From a candidate division WWE3 bacterium (lineage in GTDB: Bacteria; Patescibacteriota; WWE3; UBA101185; UBA10185), in assembly GCA_003599255.1 (NCBI GenBank), contig QZJF01000006.1, positions 1,018 through 65,017 of the forward strand: a stretch of DNA of 64,000 nt, read 5' to 3'. Of this stretch, positions 1 through 10,078 are shown in pieces. Made by a program: the position numbers and the translations under genes. A model generated the notes under the pieces. It made no database searches. It saw nothing but the letters and a program-made list of their open reading frames with translations, and had not been told where the DNA came from. Every line of letters starts with the position of its first letter. Position 1 is the stretch's first letter.

Positions 1-283
1 TCAATGGAAACATTAATGTGGCAATAAACGCAAGCTTTAAGAAAAAACCATACTTCTTATTCCAGTACTTTTTGCTTATATAAAAGTCTAAAAATGTACC
101 GAATAATGAAGATGTTGATAGAATCAATCCCATCAAAAAAGCACTATTCAGCCTTTTTTCAATGTATACGGGTGTGGAGTAAGACATCAAAGCATCTCCG
201 AAGCTCATGAAGAAAATGATCAATGAGTAGATTATTATGGGTGAAACACGATCAAAAGGTTTAATAAAGCTTCTTGTAAACAT
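1..283 (-). CDS. Partial CDS running off the 5' end of the window. The N-terminal region predicts a hydrophobic (membrane) protein, with candidate ATG starts at 283 or 208.
   Basis: My own reverse-strand translation is open from the window edge up to a stop near 377. It reads MFTRSFIKPFDRVSPIIIYSLIIFFMSFGDALMSY..., i.e. hydrophobic segments. It is not in the ORF track because it has no in-window stop. Confidence 0.3.
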   Translation of the reverse strand, partial: MFTRSFIKPFDRVSPIIIYSLIIFFMSFGDALMSYSTPVYIEKRLNSAFLMGLILSTSSLFGTFLDFYISKKYWNKKYGFFLKLAFIATLMFPL

Positions 284-288
284 GGCTT

Positions 289-735
289 TTAAAGGTGTTT
301 TATCAGTTGTGCTTTTTTCCTTTCGTAATCCTTTTCGCTTATCTGACCTTTTGCCAGCAACTCCCTTAATCTGTTCAGTGTTCTTTCATAATCGCTTAGT
401 GCTATTCTGGAGCCGGTTTCGATCTGCTGATGCTTAGCATGTGAATGGTATATTTTTTGGTCTAGGATTTTTTTGGCCTTAATCGCATGTGCGGTGGAAA
501 CGTATTTTAGAATGATGTCATCAGTTCCTGTGGTTATAATATCCAGCGAAGAGAAAAAGATACCCCTATTCAGTGTTACTTGAGATATCTGATTGTACGA
601 AATAGAAATTTCTTTGACCCAAATCCACTTTCTTCTTCTGTATACCAGTATATCGTCATGAATATACAGATAGGGAGGAAAAATAGTCCTGTTGAGGGAC
701 CTTATTCCCTGGAGTTTCAGTAATAAATTTGACAT
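289..735 (-). CDS. Bacterial PH-domain (YdbS/YdbT-like, bPH_2) protein with a C-terminal SHOCT-like motif
   Basis: 148 aa. The C-terminus LAKGQISEKDYERKKAQLI fits the short SHOCT motif, and the N-terminal 100 aa are bPH_2-like. Confidence 0.5.
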   Translation of the reverse strand: MSNLLLKLQGIRSLNRTIFPPYLYIHDDILVYRRRKWIWVKEISISYNQISQVTLNRGIFFSSLDIITTGTDDIILKYVSTAHAIKAKKILDQKIYHSHAKHQQIETGSRIALSDYERTLNRLRELLAKGQISEKDYERKKAQLIKHL

Positions 736-751
736 ATACTAATACTACACC

Positions 752-1018
752 TTATAGATCGTCGTCAGCTCCAATGATATCTTCGTCTCCTCTTTCGAGT
801 TCTGGTATGTAGTCCACACCATTTGTCTGTTTAATTTTTTGTTTCTTTTTTACGTTTAGGGCTTCCAGAACTTCGGGGTCGAGTTCTTCCGTTTCTTCAA
901 CTTCCTCGTCCACTATCTCTGTATCAACCACTACATCGTCGGTTCCTGGTGACGAGTAGGTGGATTTACCTTTCTTATTGCTGTGAATTTTACTGATTTT
1001 GTTTTTTTCTTTTGGCAT
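752..1018 (-). CDS. Small hypothetical protein with a basic N-terminus and a very acidic C-terminus. The likely real start is the ATG at 1018, not the track start at 1144.
   Basis: The track ORF 752..1144 overlaps the trxB start. The internal Met (MPKEKNK...) at 1016-1018 gives a non-overlapping 88-aa protein divergent from trxB. Confidence 0.35.
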   Translation of the reverse strand: MPKEKNKISKIHSNKKGKSTYSSPGTDDVVVDTEIVDEEVEETEELDPEVLEALNVKKKQKIKQTNGVDYIPELERGDEDIIGADDDL

Positions 1019-1115
1019 AGGCAGAATATTAAAAACTTTTATAACTAATACTGTATTATGCATACAAGCAATCAGTTGTCTAGATGGTTTTTTAACGTGA
1101 TGTATAATAAATCTC

Positions 1116-2054
1116 ATGGATAAACTATTTGACATAATAATCATAGGCGGAGGCCCGGCTGGTTTGACCGCGGCAATTTATACTTCAAGAGCTTTTTTAA
1201 AAACAGCAGTTATAGCAGGTAACCCTCCCGGAGGGCAACTGATGCTCACAACAGACGTAGATAATTTTCCCGGATTCCCGGACGGGATTGTAGGACCTGA
1301 TCTCATTTCTAGTTTTAGGGTGCAGGCCGAGAAATACGAAACGTTTTTCCTTGATGAAAATACAGTTAAGATATCCGGTGAGCCTGGGAATTTTGTTGTC
1401 ACTACGGACTCGGGGCAGACCCTCCAGTCTAAGGCAGTGATTGTCGCTACGGGAGCATCAGCAAAATGGCTGAATCTCGAAAGTGAACAAAGACTACGAG
1501 GAAAAGGTGTGTCCGCCTGTGCCACTTGCGATGGATTTTTCTTCAAAGGTCAGACGATTGCCGTGGTTGGCGCCGGTGACGCGGCCATGGAGGAAGCTAC
1601 TTTCCTGACTAGATTTGCGAACAAGGTACTGGTTTTGGTTAGAGGTACAAAAGAAACTATGCGAGCCAGTAAAATCATGCGACAGAGGGCATTTGATAAC
1701 CCAAGAATTGAGTTTCTCTTCAATACGGAAGTCAGTGAGGTTTTGGGGGATACAGTGGTAGCAGGCTTGCGAGTTAAAGATAATCTAACCGGCGAGGAAA
1801 AAACTTTAGATAACGTAACGGGACTTTTTGTCGCAATTGGTCACAAACCAAACACCGACTTTTTAAAAGACTTTGTTGAGCTCGATCATGTTGGTTATGT
1901 AAAGATCACTGATAACACCAGAACTTCAAAAGAGGGTGTTTTCGTAGCCGGCGATGTTTCCGACTTTAGATACAGGCAGGCCGTTACTGCCGCAGGATTC
2001 GGTTGTATGGCGGCTTTGGATGCCGAGAAATATCTATCAGGACATGTTGGATAA
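1116..2054 (+). CDS. trxB: Thioredoxin-disulfide reductase
   Basis: 312 aa. It has the FAD motif GGGPAG and the redox-active CATC (SACATCDGFF). The second NAD(P)H Rossmann motif GAGDAAMEEA is present, and the C-terminal GDV..DF..RQA is typical of TrxR. Confidence 0.9.
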   Translation: MDKLFDIIIIGGGPAGLTAAIYTSRAFLKTAVIAGNPPGGQLMLTTDVDNFPGFPDGIVGPDLISSFRVQAEKYETFFLDENTVKISGEPGNFVVTTDSGQTLQSKAVIVATGASAKWLNLESEQRLRGKGVSACATCDGFFFKGQTIAVVGAGDAAMEEATFLTRFANKVLVLVRGTKETMRASKIMRQRAFDNPRIEFLFNTEVSEVLGDTVVAGLRVKDNLTGEEKTLDNVTGLFVAIGHKPNTDFLKDFVELDHVGYVKITDNTRTSKEGVFVAGDVSDFRYRQAVTAAGFGCMAALDAEKYLSGHVG

Positions 2055-3495
2055 AAACAAACTATTTATTTTTGTGTTTGCTTTGCTTCTTATTTTTTCT
2101 CTTTATGTTAGATTTTCCCAGTTGGGTTATTCTACTTTTTATGGTGATGAAACGAAGACTTTATACTTCGATAAAACTGTGCCTGCCTTGACCTTTTTGT
2201 TTGATCAGAGAAAAGGCCCCGTGCAATTTTTAGCCTCATGGATTATGGAAAAAATATCCGGTGGTTTTGATGAATTTTGGATTAGATTACCCTTTGCAAC
2301 CGCAGGATTGCTCTCCGTGTTAGTTTTTTACATTTTGGCGAGGAAATTTATGAATCAATGGGCAGCCCTCGCCTCTTCGTTTTTGTATTCGTTCAGCGGT
2401 TTTAGTGTTGCATTTTCCAGGACAGCACAATACCAGCAATTTCTGCTTCTATTCGGCTTATTGGGAATTCTGCTGATGTTCCTATCTCTTGAAAAGAATA
2501 ATAGATTTTTGCTGATTATTTCTGCTTTGGCATTTTCGATATCTTTGTTATCCCACTACGATGGGATTTTTTATCTTTTAATAGGGGCCTTGTTATTTTT
2601 TAATCATTCAAACGTAAATGTTACGACCATTCGGAAGTTTGTCTTGTTTTTTATTTTTCCGGCACTGATTTTAAGTGGGCTTTTTTACATTCCATATCTT
2701 TTGAATGGATATTTTGAGTCCAATTCTTTGAGTTATCTACTACGCCGAGTATTTGGGGGTGCGGAATCCGGAATTGCGAATTCATTCTACACGGTCAGGA
2801 TCTACAACCCACTTGTCCTGCCATTTATTGTTCTTATGCTATCTGTATTTGGACTAAACAATGAAAAACTCCCGTATCGTAAAATATTTTTTGTTTGGTT
2901 TATTGTCCCTTTTATACTTTTCGAATTCTTAACATTAAATCCCGGCACACATATATTCCACTACTTAGTGCCGCTAATTCTGATATTTGGTTGCTATGGT
3001 CAGTTAATACTTACCTCAGGGTCTGCTGCTTTTAAGATTATTGGAAAACTGCTCATTATTTTTATCATCATTGCGCAGGTATCAGTATCTATCTGGATGT
3101 TTGTTCCACATTTCAAATCCAATTATCCCTGGCGAGAAAGTCGTTTCATGAATTTGAGATTTCCTAAGTTAGATAAAAAATTCCAGGTATTTACCTACGG
3201 ATTTCCTTATGATAGAGGATTCAGGGAAATTCGTGATCATCTTGATAGCGTTGAGGGCATCAGAGGTATTTATACCAATGATAATGATGTAGTGGCGAAA
3301 TATTATTTTATGAAATATGACTACACTCCCCCGGGACCTAATTTTTTACCGCCTTATTATGTAAATGTTTATAACAACCATGAACAGAAAGATACCCCGC
3401 CGGATTTTCTAGCTAGCTACACCTTGGTAAAAGAATTTTATGTAGAAGGAGAATTAGTTAGTGAACTGTACAAACTTAATGCGCCAGAAGATTAG
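2044..3495 (+). CDS. Polytopic membrane protein of the GT-C type (PMT/ArnT/GT39-83-like glycosyltransferase family)
   Basis: About 480 aa with many predicted TM helices and GT-C-like topology. The likely start is the ATG at 2044 (MLDKNKLFIF), overlapping the trxB stop by 11 nt. The track start at 1954 lies inside trxB. Confidence 0.55.
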   Translation: MLDKNKLFIFVFALLLIFSLYVRFSQLGYSTFYGDETKTLYFDKTVPALTFLFDQRKGPVQFLASWIMEKISGGFDEFWIRLPFATAGLLSVLVFYILARKFMNQWAALASSFLYSFSGFSVAFSRTAQYQQFLLLFGLLGILLMFLSLEKNNRFLLIISALAFSISLLSHYDGIFYLLIGALLFFNHSNVNVTTIRKFVLFFIFPALILSGLFYIPYLLNGYFESNSLSYLLRRVFGGAESGIANSFYTVRIYNPLVLPFIVLMLSVFGLNNEKLPYRKIFFVWFIVPFILFEFLTLNPGTHIFHYLVPLILIFGCYGQLILTSGSAAFKIIGKLLIIFIIIAQVSVSIWMFVPHFKSNYPWRESRFMNLRFPKLDKKFQVFTYGFPYDRGFREIRDHLDSVEGIRGIYTNDNDVVAKYYFMKYDYTPPGPNFLPPYYVNVYNNHEQKDTPPDFLASYTLVKEFYVEGELVSELYKLNAPED

Positions 3496-3496
3496 A

Positions 3497-4438
3497 TTAC
3501 TGTTGTCTTCTTCTCTTAACTAAAGTTACCACCACTAGTACCAATGTTATTGCCGGTACTATAAGTACTGAGTATACACCGAGCCATATAGTAAATGTTC
3601 CGAGTTTTTGCAGGGAAACTATCAAGGATCTGGTTGCCTGCTTGAAAATAGCATCAGGTCTCCATGACTTAACAGGTGCGTACGGGAGACTAAGTTCATC
3701 TGTCGAAAGATAAATAGTGATTAAAGAGGTAGAAGATGCTCCCTCAAGGTATTGAATTCTGCCTACGTAGCTATCAATTTGGTTCTGAAGGCTTTGTATT
3801 TGAGGTAGAATCTTCATTATTTCATCTACATTTCTTGCAGTATCCAAAAAACCTTCGAGTCGTTCCTTATTTCTTTCTAATTGTCTTATTCTCTCCTCTA
3901 TATCGACGTATTCGTCAGTTATATCGCGACCTGAAATATTTTCCGTCACAACTTTTACCGAGTTGGATCTAAGGTGAGATAGTATTTCATCTATAGACTC
4001 AGTTGGAACTCTGATTTGAACTGTGGCTTCTTCCCCGAATTCAGGTCTGCTCAAGTATGTGTTTACAACATATCCCTCTTTGTCGATAACCAGTTTCTTG
4101 ATTTCATCTATAGAGCTGGTGACGTTTTCAACTTGTAATGAGATATAAGATTCGGTAATTACCATTCTGTCCTGAATATCAGGTGTAGGGGCAGCCTCAT
4201 TCGGAGGCATTATACCCCCTCTTCCTAGTGAGACTTTTGCAGATGTGCCACTTAAGGATTCCATCATAGGCATGTCGTACCCTATAGAATCAGAATAGTC
4301 ATAAGACCTGTTATAGCCTGTGAAGTTTTGGATTACGTCAAAAGGATTAAAGAATTTATATACGATAAAGGCAATTAATAGTGATGTAAGTTTATTGTTT
4401 TTAATCCAAGTGAAAAGTCTGGAAAACATTATGATCAT
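3497..4438 (-). CDS. Membrane-anchored protein with an N-terminal TM, a central coiled coil and a C-terminal TM (DUF4349-like architecture)
   Basis: 313 aa. It has hydrophobic N- and C-termini (…LVLVVVTLVKRRRQQ) and a heptad-rich middle (ERIRQLERNKERLEGFL). Confidence 0.45.
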   Translation of the reverse strand: MIIMFSRLFTWIKNNKLTSLLIAFIVYKFFNPFDVIQNFTGYNRSYDYSDSIGYDMPMMESLSGTSAKVSLGRGGIMPPNEAAPTPDIQDRMVITESYISLQVENVTSSIDEIKKLVIDKEGYVVNTYLSRPEFGEEATVQIRVPTESIDEILSHLRSNSVKVVTENISGRDITDEYVDIEERIRQLERNKERLEGFLDTARNVDEIMKILPQIQSLQNQIDSYVGRIQYLEGASSTSLITIYLSTDELSLPYAPVKSWRPDAIFKQATRSLIVSLQKLGTFTIWLGVYSVLIVPAITLVLVVVTLVKRRRQQ

Positions 4439-4484
4439 TATACTCCATTATGTTGTTTGTAAACAATATACTTTTGTAATGTTT

Positions 4485-5096
4485 CTAGGCCTTTGCAGAT
4501 TCAAAATTTTCAGTGACCTTTGCCCAATTTACAACATTCCACCAGTTTTCTATATATTCGTTTCTTTTGTTTTGATATTTTAGGTAATAAGCGTGTTCCC
4601 AAACATCAAGACCTAATATCGGGAATTTTCCTTCAGAAATTGGATTGTCCTGATTCGGAGTTGATTCAACGCTTAATTTACCCTCCTGAACAACCAGCCA
4701 AGCCCACCCGCTTCCAAATCTTGTTAGTGCGGCTTGTGAGAACGCTTCCTTAAAAGTAGCCATGTTTGTTAAATCCTCATTTATTTTGGTCATAAGAGAA
4801 TTACCTGGTGCCGTTCCGGTTTCCGGTGTTAGAATTTCCCAGAAAAAAGTGTGATTGTAATGTCCTCCGCCGTTGTTTCGGATTGCATTTCTCACATTAT
4901 TCGGCAAAGTTTCAAGATTTGTTAATAAATAATCAAGAGTTTTATCTCCCAGTTCCGGTGCGTCTTCTAGCGCTTTGTTTAAATTGTTTATATATGCCTG
5001 ATGATGCTTTGTATGATGTATCTCCATGGTTTGGGCGTCAATATAGGGCTCCAACGCAGTATATGAAAAATTTAGTTTAGGTAATTCAAATTTCAT
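4485..5096 (-). CDS. Fe/Mn-family superoxide dismutase
   Basis: 203 aa. It has HHTKHHQAYINNLN, the metal-ligand context DVWEHAYYL and a conserved C-terminal WNVVNW. Confidence 0.9.
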   Translation of the reverse strand: MKFELPKLNFSYTALEPYIDAQTMEIHHTKHHQAYINNLNKALEDAPELGDKTLDYLLTNLETLPNNVRNAIRNNGGGHYNHTFFWEILTPETGTAPGNSLMTKINEDLTNMATFKEAFSQAALTRFGSGWAWLVVQEGKLSVESTPNQDNPISEGKFPILGLDVWEHAYYLKYQNKRNEYIENWWNVVNWAKVTENFESAKA

Positions 5097-5143
5097 TTTA
5101 TAATCTCCTTTATATTTACTACTGTCTATATCGTATCATATCT

Positions 5144-6643
5144 TTGTCTTCCGAATATGCTATATTTTTGCTGATGAATCAATTAGTAAAAAGGATTTCG
5201 TCGTTAAAATACAGACACCTCATTTTGAGTGTTTTTCTATTGTTTATTACTGTAAGATCCATAAGTCTTGGAACCGATATTTCCAACTCAGATGCAGCAA
5301 GATGGCACAGGCGATCCGAAAGGTTTTTGGAAGGTTTAAAGAACTTTGACTTAAGCCAGACATATCAGCACTATCAGCCGGGTGTGTCGCTTATGTGGTT
5401 AAATGCACCGATTAGACAGTTTATATATATGTACCAAAGGTCAACTGGTTCGCTTGCGGGTATTCAACCAATTTGGTATCCGTTTTTACACGGAATTTCA
5501 AAATTTGCTTTGGTCCTTGTTCTCGGAGCATTATTTCTAATCCAGATGTCATTAATAAGAAATCTTTATAACGATCAAACATCACTAATGTACGGGGTTT
5601 TATTAGCCCTTGAGCCTTATATGATTGGTATAGATCGCTGGTTTCATCTTACATCTTTGGAAGTTTATTTTGGTTTCACGGCTTTCTTGCTATTTATACT
5701 TGGTCTGAAGCTTTCCAGCACCCGCTTTGTGCAATTTTCTGCCGGTGTTTATTCTCTGTCAGTATTATCAAAATTTACGTCACTTTTAGTTTTCCCGTTG
5801 TATCTGTACTTAATTATTAAGAAAACTCAAAGACCAAAATTCTATTTATTTAATTTTGTTTTAATTTTTTCCTTGGTTTTTATCGCATTATTTCCTGCTG
5901 TATTAACTAACTGGCACGACATTATCCCCAAGCTTCTTAGTGTTGGTGCCTCCGTTGCCACAGATACCATAAGGTCTGAGGGTACTCCCATACCGTTTGT
6001 TTTTTATTATCCGGTCGTTTTATTGTTCAAGCTCTCGGTTATTACACTAGTTATGTTTCTAATTTCATTGGGGAATATTAAAATCCTATTCGGAAAGTTT
6101 AAGAGCAATATATATATTGCATATTATATTGCTTTTTACTTTGTATTCTTAACTGTTCTTCAACAGAAGATTGACAGATATTCACTTGTGTTTATTCCCC
6201 CGCTGATTTTACTGGTAAGTTCCTACGTTTCGTTGACACCGGCCATTTTTAAAAAGAGTTTTGTTCTACTTGCAATGCTTTTTTTCCTTACAATTTCATA
6301 TATACATTTTCCGGTTTATTCCGGATATAACTCACCTTTATTCGGAGGTACGGCGGGTGCTATTCATCTCGGCATATATGATAATAGTGGAGAATATTTT
6401 GCACAGGCAGCAGAATTTACCAACGAATATCACAATGTGACCGTTTATGTTCCGGATAACATTGAATCATTCAACGTTTACTCTACAAATAGAACAACAT
6501 CAGAATCAAAGGACACGGCTGATATTTTAGTTAAATCCTTAGATATAGACAGAAGTAGTATTGATTCTGGGGCATGTAACGTAAAAATTGGGGAATTTGG
6601 GCCTAAGGATTATAAAGTCGTATTTGCGTACAAGTGTAATTAA
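5144..6643 (+). CDS. Polytopic membrane protein, GT-C / ArnT-like glycosyltransferase family candidate
   Basis: About 490 aa with more than 10 hydrophobic helices. The track start is a TTG; an ATG (MNQLVKR) at 5174 is an alternative. Confidence 0.5.
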   Translation: MSSEYAIFLLMNQLVKRISSLKYRHLILSVFLLFITVRSISLGTDISNSDAARWHRRSERFLEGLKNFDLSQTYQHYQPGVSLMWLNAPIRQFIYMYQRSTGSLAGIQPIWYPFLHGISKFALVLVLGALFLIQMSLIRNLYNDQTSLMYGVLLALEPYMIGIDRWFHLTSLEVYFGFTAFLLFILGLKLSSTRFVQFSAGVYSLSVLSKFTSLLVFPLYLYLIIKKTQRPKFYLFNFVLIFSLVFIALFPAVLTNWHDIIPKLLSVGASVATDTIRSEGTPIPFVFYYPVVLLFKLSVITLVMFLISLGNIKILFGKFKSNIYIAYYIAFYFVFLTVLQQKIDRYSLVFIPPLILLVSSYVSLTPAIFKKSFVLLAMLFFLTISYIHFPVYSGYNSPLFGGTAGAIHLGIYDNSGEYFAQAAEFTNEYHNVTVYVPDNIESFNVYSTNRTTSESKDTADILVKSLDIDRSSIDSGACNVKIGEFGPKDYKVVFAYKCN

Positions 6644-7912
6644 TTACTGTTGGGAGTTTTTTGTCATCCACAAGTTTTCTACCTCTTCTTTGCCAAAACG
6701 TTTTGATAATACCGTTATCTTTGGTTGCTGGCTAAATATTTCATTTAAAACAATTGTTAGTTCTTCTAAGCCGGTGTTTCTGATCTTTTCAACTTCGTAT
6801 GTATATTCCTGTTCCTCGGCACCAAAAAGGATCAGTTCAGAATAATAATTAGCTCTTTGAGATATTTTTTCCGTCATAAAAGCCAGATTCGCAGCAAGCA
6901 TATTCTTTACTTTATTTACGTTTCTTGTCGAAAGAAGTTTGTTAATTTCATTTGATGAGACTTTAAGTGCATCAAGAACTAGTTTAAAATTTCCATCTGT
7001 GGTAGCTGTGAAGAATCCAAACACGCCATAATTCCCCGAATTGTAGGAATCGCAGTTCAGCTGATATACCATGCCTTTGTCTTCCACAAGTTGTTTTCTA
7101 AGATATATATTTAATATTTTTGAAAGTATTGCTGCCGCATATTTACGGTCTTCCGATATTTTGTATCCCTCATAATCCACTTTAATGTAATTTTGGTTTA
7201 AAGTTGGAACTTGCCCAACTTGAACAGCAAATCTTTGATTGAATTTAAGAATCGGATTTTCAGCGGTGTTATCTGCAGTTTCTTGATAAAAGTATTTGTT
7301 CAAAAGTCGATCAGCGTCTGCCAAGTCAAAATTACCGCAAAGTAATAGTAAGAAATTGTTATTTGTATAATTATTTTGATAATAATCTTTAACTGTTTTT
7401 ATCTGTATTTTTTCTATATCCACAGTATCTCCGGTGTTTAATTTGGACAATCTATTTTCAGGATAAAGGATTTTATAGCTCAATCGTCCGATTAACTTTT
7501 CCGGGATGTCGTTATACCTGAGTATTTCCTGCTTTATTACATCTTTTAAAGTTCTTACATGTTTTTCTTCCAGTAATGCGTTGTACAAGATTTCCGAAAG
7601 AAAGATTAAAGAAGATTCAAGATCTTCTTTTAGGATATGTACTCCGTAAAGAACATCATCTCTGCTGGTAATGCCAATAAATTTGCCACCTATATCAGTA
7701 ATTAGTTCCGAAAAATTTTTGGTGTTCGGATAGTTTTTGGTGCCTTTCAGAACCAGATGTTCAAGAAAATGCGAGGCTCCAATTTCCCCTTCCTTTTCGT
7801 AGTTGCTACCTACCTTACCTCTAAGCTGAACGGTGATTGTTTCCACCTCTTTAGAAGGTATTAGCGCTATCTTTAAGCCATTTGGTAAAGTTGAATGTAT
7901 AGGTTTTATCAT
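6644..7912 (-). CDS. M16 (pitrilysin) family zinc peptidase
   Basis: 422 aa. It has the inverted zinc motif HFLEHLVLKGT (HxxEH) and a downstream Glu-containing region typical of M16. Confidence 0.8.
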   Translation of the reverse strand: MIKPIHSTLPNGLKIALIPSKEVETITVQLRGKVGSNYEKEGEIGASHFLEHLVLKGTKNYPNTKNFSELITDIGGKFIGITSRDDVLYGVHILKEDLESSLIFLSEILYNALLEEKHVRTLKDVIKQEILRYNDIPEKLIGRLSYKILYPENRLSKLNTGDTVDIEKIQIKTVKDYYQNNYTNNNFLLLLCGNFDLADADRLLNKYFYQETADNTAENPILKFNQRFAVQVGQVPTLNQNYIKVDYEGYKISEDRKYAAAILSKILNIYLRKQLVEDKGMVYQLNCDSYNSGNYGVFGFFTATTDGNFKLVLDALKVSSNEINKLLSTRNVNKVKNMLAANLAFMTEKISQRANYYSELILFGAEEQEYTYEVEKIRNTGLEELTIVLNEIFSQQPKITVLSKRFGKEEVENLWMTKNSQQ

Positions 7913-7967
7913 GCGGGTTACGGCAGAATCATTGACAATTCACATTTTACCGTACTAAACTTAATAT

Positions 7968-8495
7968 ATGAAGTCAAAAGTTAAATTTCTGCCCGCCTTT
8001 TTGCTACTTCTTTTACTACAGCCTTTTGTTTTTTCAGCAACCCTTAAGTTAAATAGAATAGGTGCTTTGGATACAGGCGGTATGATGTACAGTGAATGGT
8101 GGTATACAGGTGTAAACCCCACTTTTTCTGGTACTGCAGAGTCGAATTCTTCAGTGACATTAGATGCGGGAGAGAACGATTATGACACAACATCCGATGG
8201 TTCCGGAGCATGGTCCATTCCAACACAGCTTAGCGCAGGAGACTATACAATTGTCATAGCTCAAGGCTCCGAAAGCTATACATTCACACTACACTTAGGT
8301 CAGAATCTTCCTGCCGATTTAGGGGGAACTACTCAGACAACAGAAAGCACAGGTGCTGTTCCTACGACAGGATTCAATCAAACGGTTGCTCTTAGCTTTG
8401 GAATAGGTGTAATGCTCTTGGCATCGTATTTGTACATATCAAGCGATACAAACAAAAAAGCAGCCTTTGAAAGAAGAATAATTAAAGAAGATTAA
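7968..8495 (+). CDS. Secreted/surface protein with a signal peptide, a beta-rich domain and a C-terminal TM anchor
   Basis: 175 aa. The N-terminus KFLPAFLLLLLLQPFVFSA is signal-like, and the C-terminus has the hydrophobic stretch ALSFGIGVMLLASYLYI followed by basic residues. Confidence 0.5.
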   Translation: MKSKVKFLPAFLLLLLLQPFVFSATLKLNRIGALDTGGMMYSEWWYTGVNPTFSGTAESNSSVTLDAGENDYDTTSDGSGAWSIPTQLSAGDYTIVIAQGSESYTFTLHLGQNLPADLGGTTQTTESTGAVPTTGFNQTVALSFGIGVMLLASYLYISSDTNKKAAFERRIIKED

Positions 8496-8506
8496 TTACC
8501 CGGTGC

Positions 8507-8959
8507 ATGCATAAACTTCACAACTACATCCGCTCCGAACACTTTCACTATATTGGATGGTTTGTAGCTATCGCGTCTTTTCTTGGATCAATTTATTACA
8601 GCGATGTTCTAAAATTACCCCCTTGCATTCTTTGCTGGTATCAGCGAATTGCAATGTATCCTTTGGTGTTAATTTATATGGTTGGGATTATTTTTAAAGA
8701 TAAAAAGTTATCCTATTATGTAATGCCTTTTGGGTTTATTGGTCTGGGGATATCTCTTTATCAGATGTTACTTCAATCCGGTTTATTATCTGAGGCTGAA
8801 TCCTGTAGGTTTGGAGTTTCATGTTTGGATACTTCGTTTAAGTTGCTTGGGGTTTTCACAATTCCCATGCAATCCTTTATAGCTTTCCTACTTATTACTC
8901 TGAGTACTTTCGGAGCTGTATTGCTCGATAAAGCAAAAAAAGAATCGAAAAATCTATAG
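8507..8959 (+). CDS. DsbB/BdbC-family disulfide bond formation protein
   Basis: 150 aa with 4 TM helices. The first Cys pair is in PPCILCWYQR, and the second pair is ESCRFGVSC in the second loop. Confidence 0.7.
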   Translation: MHKLHNYIRSEHFHYIGWFVAIASFLGSIYYSDVLKLPPCILCWYQRIAMYPLVLIYMVGIIFKDKKLSYYVMPFGFIGLGISLYQMLLQSGLLSEAESCRFGVSCLDTSFKLLGVFTIPMQSFIAFLLITLSTFGAVLLDKAKKESKNL

Positions 8960-9481
8960 ATATAAGGTGAACAGGTTTCTATACTCTTTTCTTCCATTTG
9001 TATTTGTCGATTCAAGAATTTCGATTTTATTGATAAGTAATTTCCAGTTAATTTTTTCTAAAATCGGTTCAGTGCTTCCTGTGTCGATGCTATCAGATAA
9101 ACGGGCCATTGTAATATGTGGAAGAAATTGTCTTTCAACTTTGGCGATGTTTTTATCAATCAAAATGTTCCCCAGTTTAGCCCTAAGGATCTCACACTCA
9201 TTACACGGTTTTCCTACTGCCCATAACAGTTTTGGAGATTTTTTATTGGGACCGAATTCTATTTTGTAAAAATTGACTAAAAAAGGCTTAAACTTAAATT
9301 CTCTAGATAATAAATCAAATATTTCTTTTGGGTCGGGATAATTCCATGGAGGAATAATAGTCATGTGAAGATTATCTAATTCTTCCCAGTTTAGATTCTT
9401 ATGTGTTGCGAATTTATGGGATAAGTTTTTGAACAAGGTCTTTATGTTTTCATCGATTTTTATTGCAATAAATATTTTCAT
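8954..9481 (-). CDS. 2H phosphoesterase, LigT/ThpR-like 2'-5' RNA ligase / 2',3'-cyclic phosphodiesterase
   Basis: 175 aa. It has two H-x-T/S-x motifs, LHMTIIPPW and LPHITMARL, at the spacing expected for the 2H fold. Confidence 0.75.
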   Translation of the reverse strand: MKIFIAIKIDENIKTLFKNLSHKFATHKNLNWEELDNLHMTIIPPWNYPDPKEIFDLLSREFKFKPFLVNFYKIEFGPNKKSPKLLWAVGKPCNECEILRAKLGNILIDKNIAKVERQFLPHITMARLSDSIDTGSTEPILEKINWKLLINKIEILESTNTNGRKEYRNLFTLYL

Positions 9482-9499
9482 TGTTTATATTATGCCATT

Positions 9500-10078
9500 A
9501 TGTTCGATTATGTTGAAGATAAAACTGCTAAAAACCCACTCATTCTTATAAGGGGAATACCAGGAAGTGGGAAGAGTACCTTAGCTACCAAACTTTCCTA
9601 TACATACAATTTACCGATGATAGATCCGGATTTTTTGACGCAGGATCATCAAGATTTCAAAAATTATGTAAAGTTAAACAGCAAGGAATTACATGGTTTA
9701 TCAGTTAGAACAAAAAAATATCGTTATAACCTTAACTTAGCTACTAAATATGTAATTGATAGCAAAGGTTTTATATGGGCACAGGCGTGGTCACTTCTTG
9801 AAGGAATTAATTACACTATGAGTACTATTGCTAAAATAAGTAATAAACATGAACTACTATGCATAGTATTTGATTTAAAAGTTGATATAAATATTGCTGT
9901 AGAGAGGTTTAAAATAAAAACATCGAGTCATAGGGAAGCCCAAAAAGTTGTTGAAGAGTTTGCAAATAAATACGAATGGATAACTCAACCTAACTTTCTC
10001 CATATTTTAATTGACGGTCACAAGAGTAAAGATGCAGTGTTTCATGAGGTAGCTAGCGAACTTAATAAACTACTTTAA
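9500..10078 (+). CDS. P-loop kinase of the AAA_33 / polynucleotide-kinase-like family
   Basis: 192 aa. It has the Walker A motif GIPGSGKSTLA followed by MIDPDF (a catalytic Asp), as in the T4 Pnk kinase module and Zeta toxin-type kinases. Confidence 0.6.
   Translation: MFDYVEDKTAKNPLILIRGIPGSGKSTLATKLSYTYNLPMIDPDFLTQDHQDFKNYVKLNSKELHGLSVRTKKYRYNLNLATKYVIDSKGFIWAQAWSLLEGINYTMSTIAKISNKHELLCIVFDLKVDINIAVERFKIKTSSHREAQKVVEEFANKYEWITQPNFLHILIDGHKSKDAVFHEVASELNKLL

Noticed and set aside
237-437. 66-aa plus-strand ORF at the window start
   Set aside because: It lies antisense to, and overlaps, the better-supported minus-strand bPH/SHOCT gene and partial membrane-protein gene, and it has no RBS or context. 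It is likely spurious.
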